Source: a virus
Taxonomy: Duplodnaviria > Heunggongvirae > Uroviricota > Caudoviricetes
Direction: 5' to 3' (one strand)
Virus record (IMG/VR): IMGVR_UViG_3300025898_000004
Span: 1 to 30,451 of that record
DNA length: 30,451 nucleotides
Positions 13,589 to 22,765 of the stretch are shown here, piece by piece. Positions within the stretch are counted from its first letter, which is position 1. Every line of letters begins with the position of its first letter. Under the pieces are notes generated by a model. The model was not told the origin of the DNA. It saw only the letters and a program-made list of their open reading frames with translations, and did not search any database. The translations under genes were made by a program, and so were the position numbers.

Positions 13589-14014
13589 TCAGTGCGAAGA
13601 ATAGAAACCATGATCGGGTGAGCAACCCACCCACACACTCGGCCGCTCATCCGGCGTCGCCCACGCCACAAACTCCCGAACAAAATCCGGAGTCGCCAGG
13701 CTCGTCTGATCCACCCGAATCGTCAACCTCGCGTCACCCAACAACGGCCGCAACGCGTCACGACCCGACAAATACACGCCCAGCGGAGCCCACGACGCAT
13801 TCGTTTGACGCCACTCGTATTCCGCGCGAATCTCCGACGGAGACGCCAGAACCGCCAACCTACGCGGACGATCATCCACGGACCGCCACGGCTCACGATA
13901 GTTCGCCGTCACCTCCGGAATCCCATCACCCCGAAGCGACGCGACCACGTCACAGGAAATCCTGTGCCGATCATTCACGTATCGACGGTAAGCCACCCGC
14001 CACTCGACCCGCAT
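13589..14014 (-). CDS. Hypothetical protein
   Basis: 141 aa ORF in gene run. Confidence 0.6.
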   Translation of the reverse strand: MRVEWRVAYRRYVNDRHRISCDVVASLRGDGIPEVTANYREPWRSVDDRPRRLAVLASPSEIRAEYEWRQTNASWAPLGVYLSGRDALRPLLGDARLTIRVDQTSLATPDFVREFVAWATPDERPSVWVGCSPDHGFYSSH

Positions 14015-14194
14015 TCAGATCACCCTCTCAATCACCAACGGTTTCCGATCCCCGGTCACCACCTGACGGGGCACAGAGCCGAGGGCGGTTCTCACCGCCT
14101 GCCGGGCCGCCGACTTCGCCACCGGCTCCGGCGTGTCCCCGAACTCCAAACCCACCGGCACCAACACCACCACCGTCACGCGGCGCTCCACCAT
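14015..14194 (-). CDS. Hypothetical protein (MVERRVTVVVLVP...)
   Basis: GGAG RBS. Confidence 0.5.
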   Translation of the reverse strand: MVERRVTVVVLVPVGLEFGDTPEPVAKSAARQAVRTALGSVPRQVVTGDRKPLVIERVI

Positions 14195-14199
14195 GCGTG

Positions 14200-14481
14200 T
14201 CACTCCTGCTCCCCCGACTCGAACACTCGCGACACGGGACTGACCAGCAAAACATCCCGGGCGCAATTGATTTCCGATACACGAGACCACTTGACCAGGG
14301 CCGTCATCGCATTCCGCAACCGCGCCATGATGTACCCGCGAGCACGGCCCGGGACGCTTGCGGAAACCAGCGCCTGACGAATAGCGGTCTCCGTCAGAAA
14401 AGCCGCGTCCGCGAAGTCCACCGCGTCCACCTCCGCGAACACCACCACCGCCACCCGATGACAAGTCATCTCGTGCGTCAT
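14200..14481 (-). CDS. Hypothetical protein (MTHEMTCHR...)
   Basis: ATGA coupling. Confidence 0.55.
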   Translation of the reverse strand: MTHEMTCHRVAVVVFAEVDAVDFADAAFLTETAIRQALVSASVPGRARGYIMARLRNAMTALVKWSRVSEINCARDVLLVSPVSRVFESGEQE

Positions 14482-14663
14482 GACATTCTCCTCAAACATT
14501 TCGGACACGTCACCAAACCGCCGCATTCGTCATACCACGACCGGCGACTACCTTTCGGCTGGCACACTGTCACCCGGTTGAAACCAGGATCCGACTCCAG
14601 CATGACCGGGGCCGCGTGCACCATCGAACCCTGATCGGAACGAACCCTCCGATACTCACTCAT
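14478..14663 (-). CDS. Small Cys/His protein (H...C...VTCPKC)
   Basis: GGGAG RBS; VTCPKCLR motif. Confidence 0.6.
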   Translation of the reverse strand: MSEYRRVRSDQGSMVHAAPVMLESDPGFNRVTVCQPKGSRRSWYDECGGLVTCPKCLRRMS

Positions 14664-14928
14664 TGCCGTAACACTCCCTCGGGCCAATGTTCTTGAACTC
14701 GCAGGCAACATATCGGACGCCTTTATGCAAATGCTCTGCCTTGACTTTTCCGACCGTCACCCACACCGGAACCCCCCGGAACCTGTGCACCCACACTTGC
14801 GCGCCCGCCGTCAGAACATCGTCGGCACCCATCACCAGCCACCGGCCCGACATCCGAATGAACACCGGCTTGACGGGGAGGTGATGCCCCCACTGCCCTG
14901 ACGGGATTCGGGGCAACAAGCCACTCAC
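14656..14928 (-). CDS. Hypothetical protein
   Basis: GTGA coupling; start uncertain. Confidence 0.45.
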   Translation of the reverse strand: MSGLLPRIPSGQWGHHLPVKPVFIRMSGRWLVMGADDVLTAGAQVWVHRFRGVPVWVTVGKVKAEHLHKGVRYVACEFKNIGPRECYGNE

Positions 14929-15164
14929 GATGACCCCCACCGGCCTTGACGCCGCTGTTCCGGAGTCTCCAGGTTCTCGTACTCACACAACAGCCACCGG
15001 TCACCTGGACGCCGAATGTACTCAGCGAGCGCCCGGCCGCATCGCACCGGAACCGCCACGTTGTTCGACCCGCTTCCCCACCGGATCACTGTCACATCCG
15101 CGCCTGGATGAACCAACCGTTCCGGCCCGAACACCCGCCACACCCCGTACCACCGAAAAAACAT
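14925..15164 (-). CDS. Hypothetical protein (MFFRWYGVW...)
   Basis: Internal ATG of track ORF. Confidence 0.5.
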   Translation of the reverse strand: MFFRWYGVWRVFGPERLVHPGADVTVIRWGSGSNNVAVPVRCGRALAEYIRRPGDRWLLCEYENLETPEQRRQGRWGSS

Positions 15165-15235
15165 CGGACGGCCAGCCAACCGGCGGGGCCAGCTGCCTTC
15201 CGGAACACTCGGAAGGCCAGCCGGCACCGTGCCGC

Positions 15236-15892
15236 TCACCGACGGCCGCGCTTCGGGCGACGCTGACCGCACTTGGACGCGGCCAGCAGACGGCCGGGGG
15301 CGGCGGAGGTGTTGCGCCGGGCCGCGCGGTACCGCTCGAACGCTTCCGTGCCGGCCGTGGCCTGCTCCGCGAGCGTGGCGACCGCGCCGGCCGCCTCCAT
15401 GACGTGCGCCGTGACCCATGCCTTTGGGCGGATGGCCGCGCCGTAGGTCAGGCCGGTGATCGGCTCCGGGGTGGCGTCGTCCAACAGCGTCACCAGCGGG
15501 TCACTCGCCGCGTCCGCCTCCGCGCGGGCCTCGCTCCGCGCCTTCGCGGCGGCCAGGCCCTTCGTCAGCGCGCCGGAGTCGCGCATGGCCTCGACCTTCG
15601 CGGACTCGGCGCGCATACGGTCTTCCTGCTCCCGCTCAGCGTCAACCAGAGCCTCGACCTTGCGGCGCACTGCGTGCAACGACTGGTACGCACCGCCACG
15701 CTTGCCGTACTCAACGGCGGCCCTCTCCTGCATCATCGCGACCATGTTCAGCGCCTCTTCGGCGCGGGCGACATCGAACGTGGCAGTGGTCGCGGTCAAC
15801 TGGATCTCACCGGAGAACGTGATGAAAAAGGTGCTCATGACCTTCAGGGCGTCCACGTTCGAGGCAGTCAGCTTCGTGATCTTGACGGACAT
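15236..15892 (-). CDS. Hypothetical alanine-rich protein (MSVKITKLT...)
   Basis: AAGGAG RBS after cassette promoter. Confidence 0.75.
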   Translation of the reverse strand: MSVKITKLTASNVDALKVMSTFFITFSGEIQLTATTATFDVARAEEALNMVAMMQERAAVEYGKRGGAYQSLHAVRRKVEALVDAEREQEDRMRAESAKVEAMRDSGALTKGLAAAKARSEARAEADAASDPLVTLLDDATPEPITGLTYGAAIRPKAWVTAHVMEAAGAVATLAEQATAGTEAFERYRAARRNTSAAPGRLLAASKCGQRRPKRGRR

Positions 15893-15947
15893 TTCAGGCT
15901 CCTTGGGAAGTCTTACCGGATGTAGTTGGTCTGTGCTGATAAAAAGA

Positions 15948-15976
15948 ACTCTAGTCGAGGCTCCCGGGGATGTCAA
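15948..15976 (-). promoter_or_regulatory. Cassette promoter
   Basis: TTGACA-N17-TAGAGT. Confidence 0.8.
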
Positions 15977-16005
15977 CCCTTTTGCTGCCATCCCCGGGAA
16001 GATTT

Positions 16006-16260
16006 TTAAGCCTCATGCGCCCAGGGGCACGCCTCCGACCGGGTGATGTGAATCCCCGGGTGCTCGGACCGAACAAACGCCTCCGCCTGCGTGATAGCGG
16101 CCGACGTGTCGTCTTCCATCGGCACAGCCACCATCATCGTGTGATGCTCCCCCGTGGCGTCCGTGCACCGGAAACCGTTCACCGGGCACGGACCCGTCAC
16201 CTTGTTGCGCGGGTCGTGCTCCGGGTTGCGCGGCAACTTCGCCGTCACCACAACGAACAT
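16006..16260 (-). CDS. Hypothetical phage protein (HDPRNKVTGPCP...CTD..GEHH)
   Basis: GAGG RBS; Cys/His motif. Confidence 0.7.
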   Translation of the reverse strand: MFVVVTAKLPRNPEHDPRNKVTGPCPVNGFRCTDATGEHHTMMVAVPMEDDTSAAITQAEAFVRSEHPGIHITRSEACPWAHEA

Positions 16261-16336
16261 GACTACCTCTCTCCACTGTGGACTGATGATCCGTGGCGCG
16301 GAGCGGGACCGGAGTCCTGCCCCCCGCCATGGGTGA

Positions 16337-16711
16337 TCAGGCCGGGAACGCGGACGCGGCCAGCACGCACACCGCCACCTTCGACGGCACCACGGCTACC
16401 GGGAACCCGTCCAAGCGAACCGACCACTTGCCGTCACCGTTCATCCAGAACCGGCCGGCGATCCGGCCGTCCACCATCACGGTGCCGGTGGTCGGAGCGA
16501 CCCGGCTGGACAGCCGGATTCGGCCCATGGCCGCCTGCGTGGCCAGCGCCTCCGCGTGGTCAGCGTCGATCACGGCGCGGAGCAGGTCCGCCCGGAACTG
16601 CTCCGCGCTCTGGCCCGGGGCGATACGCATCGGGGCCATGACGGCGCACGCGCGGGCGGCCCGGACGTTGTTCGCGGCGGTCTGGGCGGTGGTGACGGTC
16701 GCGATGTTCAT
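16337..16711 (-). CDS. Hypothetical protein (MNIATVTTAQ...)
   Basis: GGAGG RBS after cassette promoter. Confidence 0.7.
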   Translation of the reverse strand: MNIATVTTAQTAANNVRAARACAVMAPMRIAPGQSAEQFRADLLRAVIDADHAEALATQAAMGRIRLSSRVAPTTGTVMVDGRIAGRFWMNGDGKWSVRLDGFPVAVVPSKVAVCVLAASAFPA

Positions 16712-16751
16712 CGTGTCCTCCGTGGCGTTTCGCGCTGACCTGATGACTAGA

Positions 16752-16780
16752 ACACTAATCGGTGAAGCGTGGGATGTCAA
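16752..16780 (-). promoter_or_regulatory. Cassette promoter
   Basis: TTGACA-N17-TAGTGT. Confidence 0.8.
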
Positions 16781-16828
16781 ACCTTTGGTAGTGGTCCGAT
16801 CGAGTGAACCGGACCACCACCGGGACAA

Positions 16829-17146
16829 TCACAGCTTGGCGCGCACACCCAAAACACCAGACGTCATGAACCGGCCGTTTCCTTGGATGTAATAGCCCAC
16901 CGAACCCACGTGACGGCCATGCTGACCACCGCCGGGGAGAACCACACTCCACGACCGGCCACGCCCCTCGTGCTCCCGGGAGCACGAATTCAGGATGAAC
17001 CAGCCACCCCGCGCGGCCACGTCCCGCATGAGCGCCGCGATGCTGTCCGGCACCGGGTCCCCGGCCCACCAGTCCCGCATGATGTAGTTGCCGACCTGGA
17101 CGCGGGGGTACTTGATTTCAAGCCGTCCGGGAATCTGGCTGGCCAT
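16829..17146 (-). CDS. Hypothetical protein (MASQIPGRL...)
   Basis: GGGAG RBS after cassette promoter. Confidence 0.7.
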   Translation of the reverse strand: MASQIPGRLEIKYPRVQVGNYIMRDWWAGDPVPDSIAALMRDVAARGGWFILNSCSREHEGRGRSWSVVLPGGGQHGRHVGSVGYYIQGNGRFMTSGVLGVRAKL

Positions 17147-17184
17147 CGTGTGCTCCCTGGGTTCGTTCCGTGCTGACATGTAAA

Positions 17185-17213
17185 ACACTAATCGGCCCAG
17201 CCCGGGATGTCAA
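17185..17213 (-). promoter_or_regulatory. Cassette promoter
   Basis: TTGACA-N17-TAGTGT. Confidence 0.8.
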
Positions 17214-17244
17214 CTCCTTGGGCTGGGCCGATCGGGTGATGTTG

Positions 17245-17331
17245 TCAGAAGTAACAGAAAAGGATGATCACGAACGCGATGAACAGCACATACGCCGCCA
17301 TCGCCACAAGCGCGGCCACAACATCCGACAT
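17245..17331 (-). CDS. 28 aa single-TM peptide (MSDVVAALVAMAAYVLFIAFVIILFCYF)
   Basis: TGATG coupling; hydrophobic; manually translated. Confidence 0.5.
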   Translation of the reverse strand: MSDVVAALVAMAAYVLFIAFVIILFCYF

Positions 17332-17699
17332 CACGCCACACCCCAGTTGTTGTACGAACCACCATCCATACCCACCGGCATGAGGCCGCCGGCCGCCAAG
17401 GACTTCACGTCCCAGTCATCCGCCGCGTAGTCCCAGCCTTCCGCGTGCCGCACCTCGGTACGCACGTGCTCGTGGCCGGACTCGCACTTCCAGCCCCGCG
17501 CCGTCTCCCACGCCACCGCGCCCGTGACGTCGTAGCACTCCCGCACCACCGGCCCGTCTTCCGTGTCCACCTGCACGTTCCAGTCGCACGGGAACGCGGC
17601 GCGCTGGTGACAACGCTTCACGCCTTCGACCGTGCGGTGATATTCCGGCAGTTCTGAACGGTGCGCCTTGCGGTTTCCGCATCGGATCTCGTGAGCCAT
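17331..17699 (-). CDS. Hypothetical phage protein (MAHEIRCGN...)
   Basis: GAGGAG RBS; Cys/His motifs. Confidence 0.75.
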   Translation of the reverse strand: MAHEIRCGNRKAHRSELPEYHRTVEGVKRCHQRAAFPCDWNVQVDTEDGPVVRECYDVTGAVAWETARGWKCESGHEHVRTEVRHAEGWDYAADDWDVKSLAAGGLMPVGMDGGSYNNWGVA

Positions 17700-17746
17700 G
17701 GGATTCTCCTCGGTTTCGGTGGGGTGTTCGTTTCGTGCTGTCTACG

Positions 17747-17775
17747 ACTCTAATCGGCGAAGCCCGGGATGTCAA
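17747..17775 (-). promoter_or_regulatory. Cassette promoter
   Basis: TTGACA-N17-TAGAGT. Confidence 0.8.
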
Positions 17776-17817
17776 CTCTTGGCGCTAGGCTGACAGAGTG
17801 ACATCCCGGACCGGCGA

Positions 17818-18168
17818 TCAGGACAGAACCCACACGGCCGATTCGAACCCGTCGCGGGTGTCGTACCCGCGCACAGCCGCACGCTTCCATACCGACTCCG
17901 GCGCGTTGCGCTTCACGCACCGGTAACGCTCCATGGCTGCCTTGTTCACGCACCCGCCATACATCACATGCGCCACCATCCGCGCCTGGTAGTACAGCCG
18001 ACCCAGCATGGTGTAACCGGTGTGCACAGACATCCGCGCGGACTTCGGGAAGTAATCCAGGTCCGCCAACGCCTCCGCCTCCGTGGCCCGCTCCGGGCCG
18101 ACAGCGGACACGGTGTCCGGTGTGCCGTCGCGGGTGAACGTGGCGCTGAACGTGATCGTGAGGGACAT
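17818..18168 (-). CDS. Hypothetical protein (MSLTITFSAT...)
   Basis: AAGGAG RBS. Confidence 0.7.
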   Translation of the reverse strand: MSLTITFSATFTRDGTPDTVSAVGPERATEAEALADLDYFPKSARMSVHTGYTMLGRLYYQARMVAHVMYGGCVNKAAMERYRCVKRNAPESVWKRAAVRGYDTRDGFESAVWVLS

Positions 18169-18208
18169 GCGGTGCTCCTTGGGGTTGTCGTGTGTCTGTC
18201 GTGCTGGT

Positions 18209-18481
18209 CTAGTGGCTTGCCACCCACACCAGCGCGTTGGCGTGCACGCTGATGGTGTCGAACGCGCGCCGGTCGTAGTCCAGGGCCAGGAACGCAACGT
18301 TCCCGGAACCCCGGGCCGGACGGACCTTGTGGTCCAGGGACGCGGCCGGCGTCATCAGGTCCGGATCGAGAAGCACCATCCCGGCCCGCAATGCCGACCC
18401 GCGCACCTGGACGGCCGGCAACGCGTCCAACGCGTCCAGCGCGGGGTGTCCGTCGGACCAGATACGGGGGGTGGCGGTCAT
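18209..18481 (-). CDS. Hypothetical protein
   Basis: GGGAG RBS after cassette promoter. Confidence 0.7.
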   Translation of the reverse strand: MTATPRIWSDGHPALDALDALPAVQVRGSALRAGMVLLDPDLMTPAASLDHKVRPARGSGNVAFLALDYDRRAFDTISVHANALVWVASH

Positions 18482-18519
18482 CTCGGGGCTCCCTGGGTTC
18501 GTTCCGTGCTGTGTCTATG

Positions 18520-18548
18520 ACCCTAACCAAGGTGACCCGGGATGTCAA
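18520..18548 (-). promoter_or_regulatory. Cassette promoter
   Basis: TTGACA-N17-TAGGGT. Confidence 0.8.
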
Positions 18549-18577
18549 CTCTTTGACTCCCGGGCCACCCGAACGGA

Positions 18578-19330
18578 CTACGCCACGAACAGAGACTCCC
18601 AGTCCAGACCCAGGGACTTCGCCAGATCCCGCCCCTTGGCGGTGAAATTGGCGAACACGTCGCCCCGGTCGCTCTGCGTGGTGAGCAATCCGGCGCGCTT
18701 CAGGTCGGTCAGGTTGCCGCGCCGCTCCCGGGTGATCTCGACCAGCGGCGTGCCCGACCAGTCGCCCGCGTCGCCGACCAGCGAGCGGAACAACGCCTCC
18801 GACGCGGGGGTGAGGCCGGACGACGGGGCGGCCGGGGCGGGGGTGGTCAGGGCCGCGCGGCGAGCGACCTCGGCCCGGTACAGGGCCAGCCACCAGGCGT
18901 GAGCCTGAACCATGCTCAATGCGTGCGCGTTGGCGGCCGGCGACCAGTCCGCCCGAACCGCCTCGATCGCGCCGTTCAGGTAGTCCACTCGACGGCTGAT
19001 CTTCCCGGTCAGCTCCGCGTCCGTCAGCTCCGCGTCCGTGGCGTCCAGACTCGCCGGACCGCCATCGGTGCCGATGGTGAACGCGGTGTCAATCGACACC
19101 GCCAGGTCGAACGCCTCCGCCACGGTCAGGCCCGTGGTGACCACGGACAGGCCGTCCACGGTCAGCGCGTGGTCCCAAGCGTGAAGGGCCGTGGTGAGCA
19201 GGCCCCGACGGATCAGGGCGACGCGGGTGCCGGTGGTCGGAAGCGTCTCGTTCCGGGGGCACCCATCGGCGTAGAACTTCAGGGCGCGGCGCATCGGAGC
19301 GGTCAGGGTCTGGGCGGTGAGCTTCGGCAT
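18578..19330 (-). CDS. Hypothetical protein with probable C-terminal winged helix
   Basis: AAGGAG RBS; GDWSGTPLV...RGNLTDLKRAGLLTT...FTAKG. Confidence 0.75.
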   Translation of the reverse strand: MPKLTAQTLTAPMRRALKFYADGCPRNETLPTTGTRVALIRRGLLTTALHAWDHALTVDGLSVVTTGLTVAEAFDLAVSIDTAFTIGTDGGPASLDATDAELTDAELTGKISRRVDYLNGAIEAVRADWSPAANAHALSMVQAHAWWLALYRAEVARRAALTTPAPAAPSSGLTPASEALFRSLVGDAGDWSGTPLVEITRERRGNLTDLKRAGLLTTQSDRGDVFANFTAKGRDLAKSLGLDWESLFVA

Positions 19331-19368
19331 CTCGGGCTCCTTGGGTTCGTTCCGTGCTGACAGGAAGA

Positions 19369-19397
19369 ACATTAATCGAGCGGTAGCGGGATGTCAA
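19369..19397 (-). promoter_or_regulatory. Cassette promoter
   Basis: TTGACA-N17-TAATGT. Confidence 0.8.
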
Positions 19398-19440
19398 CTC
19401 CTTGAGCTAGTCCGTTCGAGTGACATCCCGCCCCGCCGCC

Positions 19441-19716
19441 CTACTTCGCCGGCCCCTTGCCATCCGGCCGCAACCCCGCCGCCTTCCGCCGCCGAATCTC
19501 CTCCTTGCACAAGTAGATGTGATACGCCACCACATGCACCCGGATCAACTGATCCGTCCGCCGAACCTCATGCAACCGTTGCTGATATTCCGCAACACGC
19601 TTCACCATGTCCGCATCCGAGTTCCACAACCATCCCGGATTCTCCTGCGCATACTTCCGCGCCATGGCATGGCCTTTCGCGCACTCCGCCTCAAACACCT
19701 TCTTGTCAATCATCAC
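19441..19716 (-). CDS. Hypothetical protein
   Basis: GGAGG RBS; coupled overlap. Confidence 0.65.
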   Translation of the reverse strand: MMIDKKVFEAECAKGHAMARKYAQENPGWLWNSDADMVKRVAEYQQRLHEVRRTDQLIRVHVVAYHIYLCKEEIRRRKAAGLRPDGKGPAK

Positions 19717-20144
19717 ACTCCTCCATGCCGATTCGGATACAACTCCGCCCAGAACCGCTCCCGCAATTCCGCCAACACCCGCAAATCGTGTTCCAACCGT
19801 GCCCGCGTCCAGTCCGAATCATTCCCCATGTGCTCCGGCCCCGGAACCCACCGATATCGCGACGCACGGAACCGCAACTCCGTCTCCACCATCTCGTTCA
19901 CGATGGCCACCCGCTGGTCTTCCACGGCCGCCTCACACGCCGGGAGACGTTCCCACCGTTGACGGTGTCCGCTCCACCGCAGGCACAGCCACTCGCCCCG
20001 GTCGTTCCGCGCCCACACCGACGACGCCACCGGCCCGGGCACCTCCACCGTGGCCCAGTACTGCCGGTCCGAACGTGGCCAGTCATCCCACAGCACCACG
20101 CGGCCGGCCGGGACGCACATTTTCGTGGTCAACAACGACACCAT
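19713..20144 (-). CDS. Trp-rich hypothetical protein
   Basis: GGGAGG RBS. Confidence 0.65.
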   Translation of the reverse strand: MVSLLTTKMCVPAGRVVLWDDWPRSDRQYWATVEVPGPVASSVWARNDRGEWLCLRWSGHRQRWERLPACEAAVEDQRVAIVNEMVETELRFRASRYRWVPGPEHMGNDSDWTRARLEHDLRVLAELRERFWAELYPNRHGGV

Positions 20145-20147
20145 GGC

Positions 20148-20537
20148 TCACACCTCCCGGCCCTGACCGCGCCTCATCTGCGCCAACGACTCCCGCACCT
20201 CCGACAACGCCTTGTCGTCGTCGTAGGCCATCAACACCGCTTCCGTCAGCCGCGACCGGTAGCCGTGCTCATGCTGCTTGTAGTCGTCGCCCAACGTGTC
20301 GTAGGACTGGCACACGCCGTAGCCGAGGGACTTCGTGTCCACGTTCGTAGTGGCCACCCGATCACGTGGAAACACCGACGGCGGGATGTTCTCCGCAGGC
20401 ACCCCCGGCGTACGGTGCAATGCCCACACCGACACGTGCCAGGATTTCCCCCCTACCGGCTTGCGGACCACGTACAGGTACGTGTCCGTGTACGCCTCAT
20501 ACGTGCCCGCCTGGCTTCCCTTGTGGAACTTGAGCAT
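20148..20537 (-). CDS. Hypothetical protein
   Basis: GAGGGG RBS. Confidence 0.7.
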   Translation of the reverse strand: MLKFHKGSQAGTYEAYTDTYLYVVRKPVGGKSWHVSVWALHRTPGVPAENIPPSVFPRDRVATTNVDTKSLGYGVCQSYDTLGDDYKQHEHGYRSRLTEAVLMAYDDDKALSEVRESLAQMRRGQGREV

Positions 20538-20552
20538 GGACCAGCACCCCTC

Positions 20553-20657
20553 TCAGAACAGCGACGCGATAGCGGCCGGAACGGCAATGAACGCGTCCCA
20601 GACCCACGCCAGCGTGGCCGAAACATCGGTGAACAGGGAAGCGAACAACGCGAACAT
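20553..20657 (-). CDS. 34 aa hydrophobic peptide (MFALFASLFTDVSATLAWVWDAFIAVPAAIASLF)
   Basis: First ORF after promoter, GAGGGG RBS; manually translated. Confidence 0.55.
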   Translation of the reverse strand: MFALFASLFTDVSATLAWVWDAFIAVPAAIASLF

Positions 20658-20696
20658 CGTGTGCCCCTCGGTGTCGGTGAACAACGAACACCCCGG

Positions 20697-20725
20697 AGTC
20701 TAACCGCTAGACTCCGGGGTGTCAA
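20697..20725 (-). promoter_or_regulatory. Promoter with 12-bp inverted repeat over -10/spacer
   Basis: TTGACA-N17-TAGACT; IR 20691-20702/20708-20719. Confidence 0.8.
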
Positions 20726-20726
20726 C

Positions 20727-20963
20727 TCATTGACTGGTTTGTTTCCTCGGCTTCTGGCGATACAGTCGATCCCAGCCCGTCCGGAACCGCTCATCGATCC
20801 CGTACATGCTCACCGACTCACGCGCCCGAACCCACGGATGCTGGCCCTTGTCCTCGAACGCCCGGACACCACCCACGCCCAGGAACTCCACCGCCATGAC
20901 ATCCCCGTCCAACGTGACCAGGTAGATGTACGCACCCGGCTTCGGGGCATCCTCTGCTCTCAC
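20727..20963 (-). CDS. Hypothetical protein (MRAEDAPKPG...)
   Basis: GTGA coupling. Confidence 0.6.
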   Translation of the reverse strand: MRAEDAPKPGAYIYLVTLDGDVMAVEFLGVGGVRAFEDKGQHPWVRARESVSMYGIDERFRTGWDRLYRQKPRKQTSQ

Positions 20964-21172
20964 AGCTCGTTCACCTTCTCCAAAAGCCACTCGCCGAACT
21001 TCCACACCGACAGGGCGCACGACAAGGTGATAGCCACCCCGAACGCGGACCCGAAATCCATGGTCGGAATCGGCGCGAACCAATCGTGCAACGCGGACAC
21101 AACCCATGTCAGGGTAACCGCCTCCGCCGCGCTCACCCCGGCGAACAGCAACACCCACAGAATGATCTTCAT
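20960..21172 (-). CDS. Small membrane protein
   Basis: Two hydrophobic segments. Confidence 0.65.
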   Translation of the reverse strand: MKIILWVLLFAGVSAAEAVTLTWVVSALHDWFAPIPTMDFGSAFGVAITLSCALSVWKFGEWLLEKVNEL

Positions 21173-21178
21173 CTCTCG

Positions 21179-21394
21179 TCACATCCCCTGAAGCTTCGAG
21201 CGGCGAATTTCCGCCGCGCCCAACTGGGCCATCTTCTCGACCTGGTCCGACCAGGTCATGTACTTGCGGCCCTGGGCCTTCGCCTCCCGAAGGTGACCCC
21301 GGTTGACCAGTTCCCGAACCTCTTCGACCGTCAGCCCCAGAATCCTGGCCGCCTTGCTGGCCGAAATGCTGGTCGGACCCTTGTCCTTCGCCAT
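21179..21394 (-). CDS. Excisionase/MerR-like HTH DNA-binding protein
   Basis: ISASKAARILGLTVEEVRELVNRGHL. Confidence 0.8.
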   Translation of the reverse strand: MAKDKGPTSISASKAARILGLTVEEVRELVNRGHLREAKAQGRKYMTWSDQVEKMAQLGAAEIRRSKLQGM

Positions 21395-21425
21395 CTTCGG
21401 TGTCCTCCTTGGTTGGTATTCCTAC

Positions 21426-21454
21426 ACCTTAGCCGGTCGATAGGGGGATGTCAA
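21426..21454 (-). promoter_or_regulatory. Cassette promoter
   Basis: TTGACA-N17-TAAGGT. Confidence 0.8.
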
Positions 21455-21693
21455 CCCTTGGGCAATTTGCTGACATCGGCCCCCGAGTGACGCAGATCAC
21501 GCAACATATTCTCAATAGCGCGATGATCCGTCGGAGTCGACGCAATAAACACCGGCGACTTACTCTTATCCGGCGGAAAACATCTCCACGTATGCCCGTA
21601 TCTCTCCACACGCCACCCCTGATCACGCAACCCGTCCACAATCGCCCGAACCGTAGACGCACGCGACCCGCCCTTACGACTCTTCGACATCAT
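21451..21693 (-). CDS. HicA-like protein
   Basis: LRDQGWRVER.GH.WRCFPPD...VFIASTPTDHRAIENMLRDLRHSG, matching the HicA-like pattern of actinophages. Confidence 0.75.
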   Translation of the reverse strand: MMSKSRKGGSRASTVRAIVDGLRDQGWRVERYGHTWRCFPPDKSKSPVFIASTPTDHRAIENMLRDLRHSGADVSKLPKG

Positions 21694-22169
21694 GACTCTC
21701 CATCCTTATTTACAATCTCCCAAAACCGACGATCCAACGACTCATCCCGCGCCGCATCCACCTCGACACGGAACGCCCTCGCATCCCGCCGCGCCCGAAA
21801 CCACGACAACCCCACACCCACACACAACACCCCACCAACCACAATCGACACAAACAACGACGGATCCGGCGACGACACCGACACCGCAAACCCAAACGCC
21901 CCCCACACCAACACCGCCACCACACCCACCGTGAGCCACACATTCCCCCCACGCGCCGGCACATAATCCGCCAACACCCGATCACGACGATAAAACCGCT
22001 CCGTGAACAAAGAACACATGAGGTCCATCACCACAGTGGCAGACACAAACACGGCCGCCATCATCAGCGCGTAAAAGAACGCGACCACCACACTATTCGT
22101 GAAACACATCACGACAGTGTTCACGGCGACAAGCGCGCCCAACACGTGAACAGGCTCAATCTTCTTCAC
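21690..22169 (-). CDS. Multi-pass membrane protein
   Basis: About four hydrophobic segments. Confidence 0.7.
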   Translation of the reverse strand: MKKIEPVHVLGALVAVNTVVMCFTNSVVVAFFYALMMAAVFVSATVVMDLMCSLFTERFYRRDRVLADYVPARGGNVWLTVGVVAVLVWGAFGFAVSVSSPDPSLFVSIVVGGVLCVGVGLSWFRARRDARAFRVEVDAARDESLDRRFWEIVNKDGES

Positions 22170-22765
22170 TGATCACTCCTCACCAATCGAATCTGATACG
22201 ACGGACGGCCAATAAGCGGGTGAGCCGTCCTTTCCTCCAACTCCCCCATGTCCACCAACGCCGTGACAATGCCCCGAACCACGCGCGGATCTTCCGCCCA
22301 CGCACGTTTCGCCAACCGCCGGCACACCACAGCCAACGCCGCCCACCCCTGCGCGTCGGACACCTTCCGCACCATCGCGCGCACCTCACGCACCCGGTCC
22401 GCCTCCGTCACCCCCATCCGGCGCGGCGATGGATGAGACCGCGAACTCTGCGACTTCGGCGCACCCGGCCACGGTGGCGGCCACCCCGTCCGCGACCGGC
22501 GACGCCGCAACAGGTCCTGCGCCGTGAACTCGTCCAGCATCGGATCCACCACCGGACACGGCTGCACCGTGCCATTGCGCCGACACTTCGACACATCGGC
22601 CGCGCACACCTCCACCGTCCAGACGTTCGGCCGCTCCGACCCTGGACGCACCCGCGCCCGAATACGGCCACTCACGACCAACTCAGCCACGTCAACGAGC
22701 CCGATATGCAACTCATCGGCCGCCGCGTGCACCGACAGCGCCCGCGTCCACGGTGTCGGGGTCAC
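22166..22765 (-). CDS. HTH protein (excisionase-like N-terminus, probable wHTH C-terminus)
   Basis: LSVHAAADELHIGLVDVAELVVSGRI; IVTALVDMGELEE. Confidence 0.65.
   Translation of the reverse strand: MTPTPWTRALSVHAAADELHIGLVDVAELVVSGRIRARVRPGSERPNVWTVEVCAADVSKCRRNGTVQPCPVVDPMLDEFTAQDLLRRRRSRTGWPPPWPGAPKSQSSRSHPSPRRMGVTEADRVREVRAMVRKVSDAQGWAALAVVCRRLAKRAWAEDPRVVRGIVTALVDMGELEERTAHPLIGRPSYQIRLVRSDQ

Noticed and set aside
19317-21191. 624-aa plus-strand ORF (and similar long plus ORFs 4198-5385, 10326-11681, 11720-12799, 13618-14634, 25604-26629)
   Set aside because: Antisense shadows of well-supported minus-strand genes in high-GC DNA; Pro/Arg/His-rich low-complexity translations with no RBS or promoter.
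21179-21394. Excisionase as evidence of an integrated prophage
   Set aside because: The Xis-like HTH fold is common in lytic phage regulators; no integrase or att site is seen in the window.
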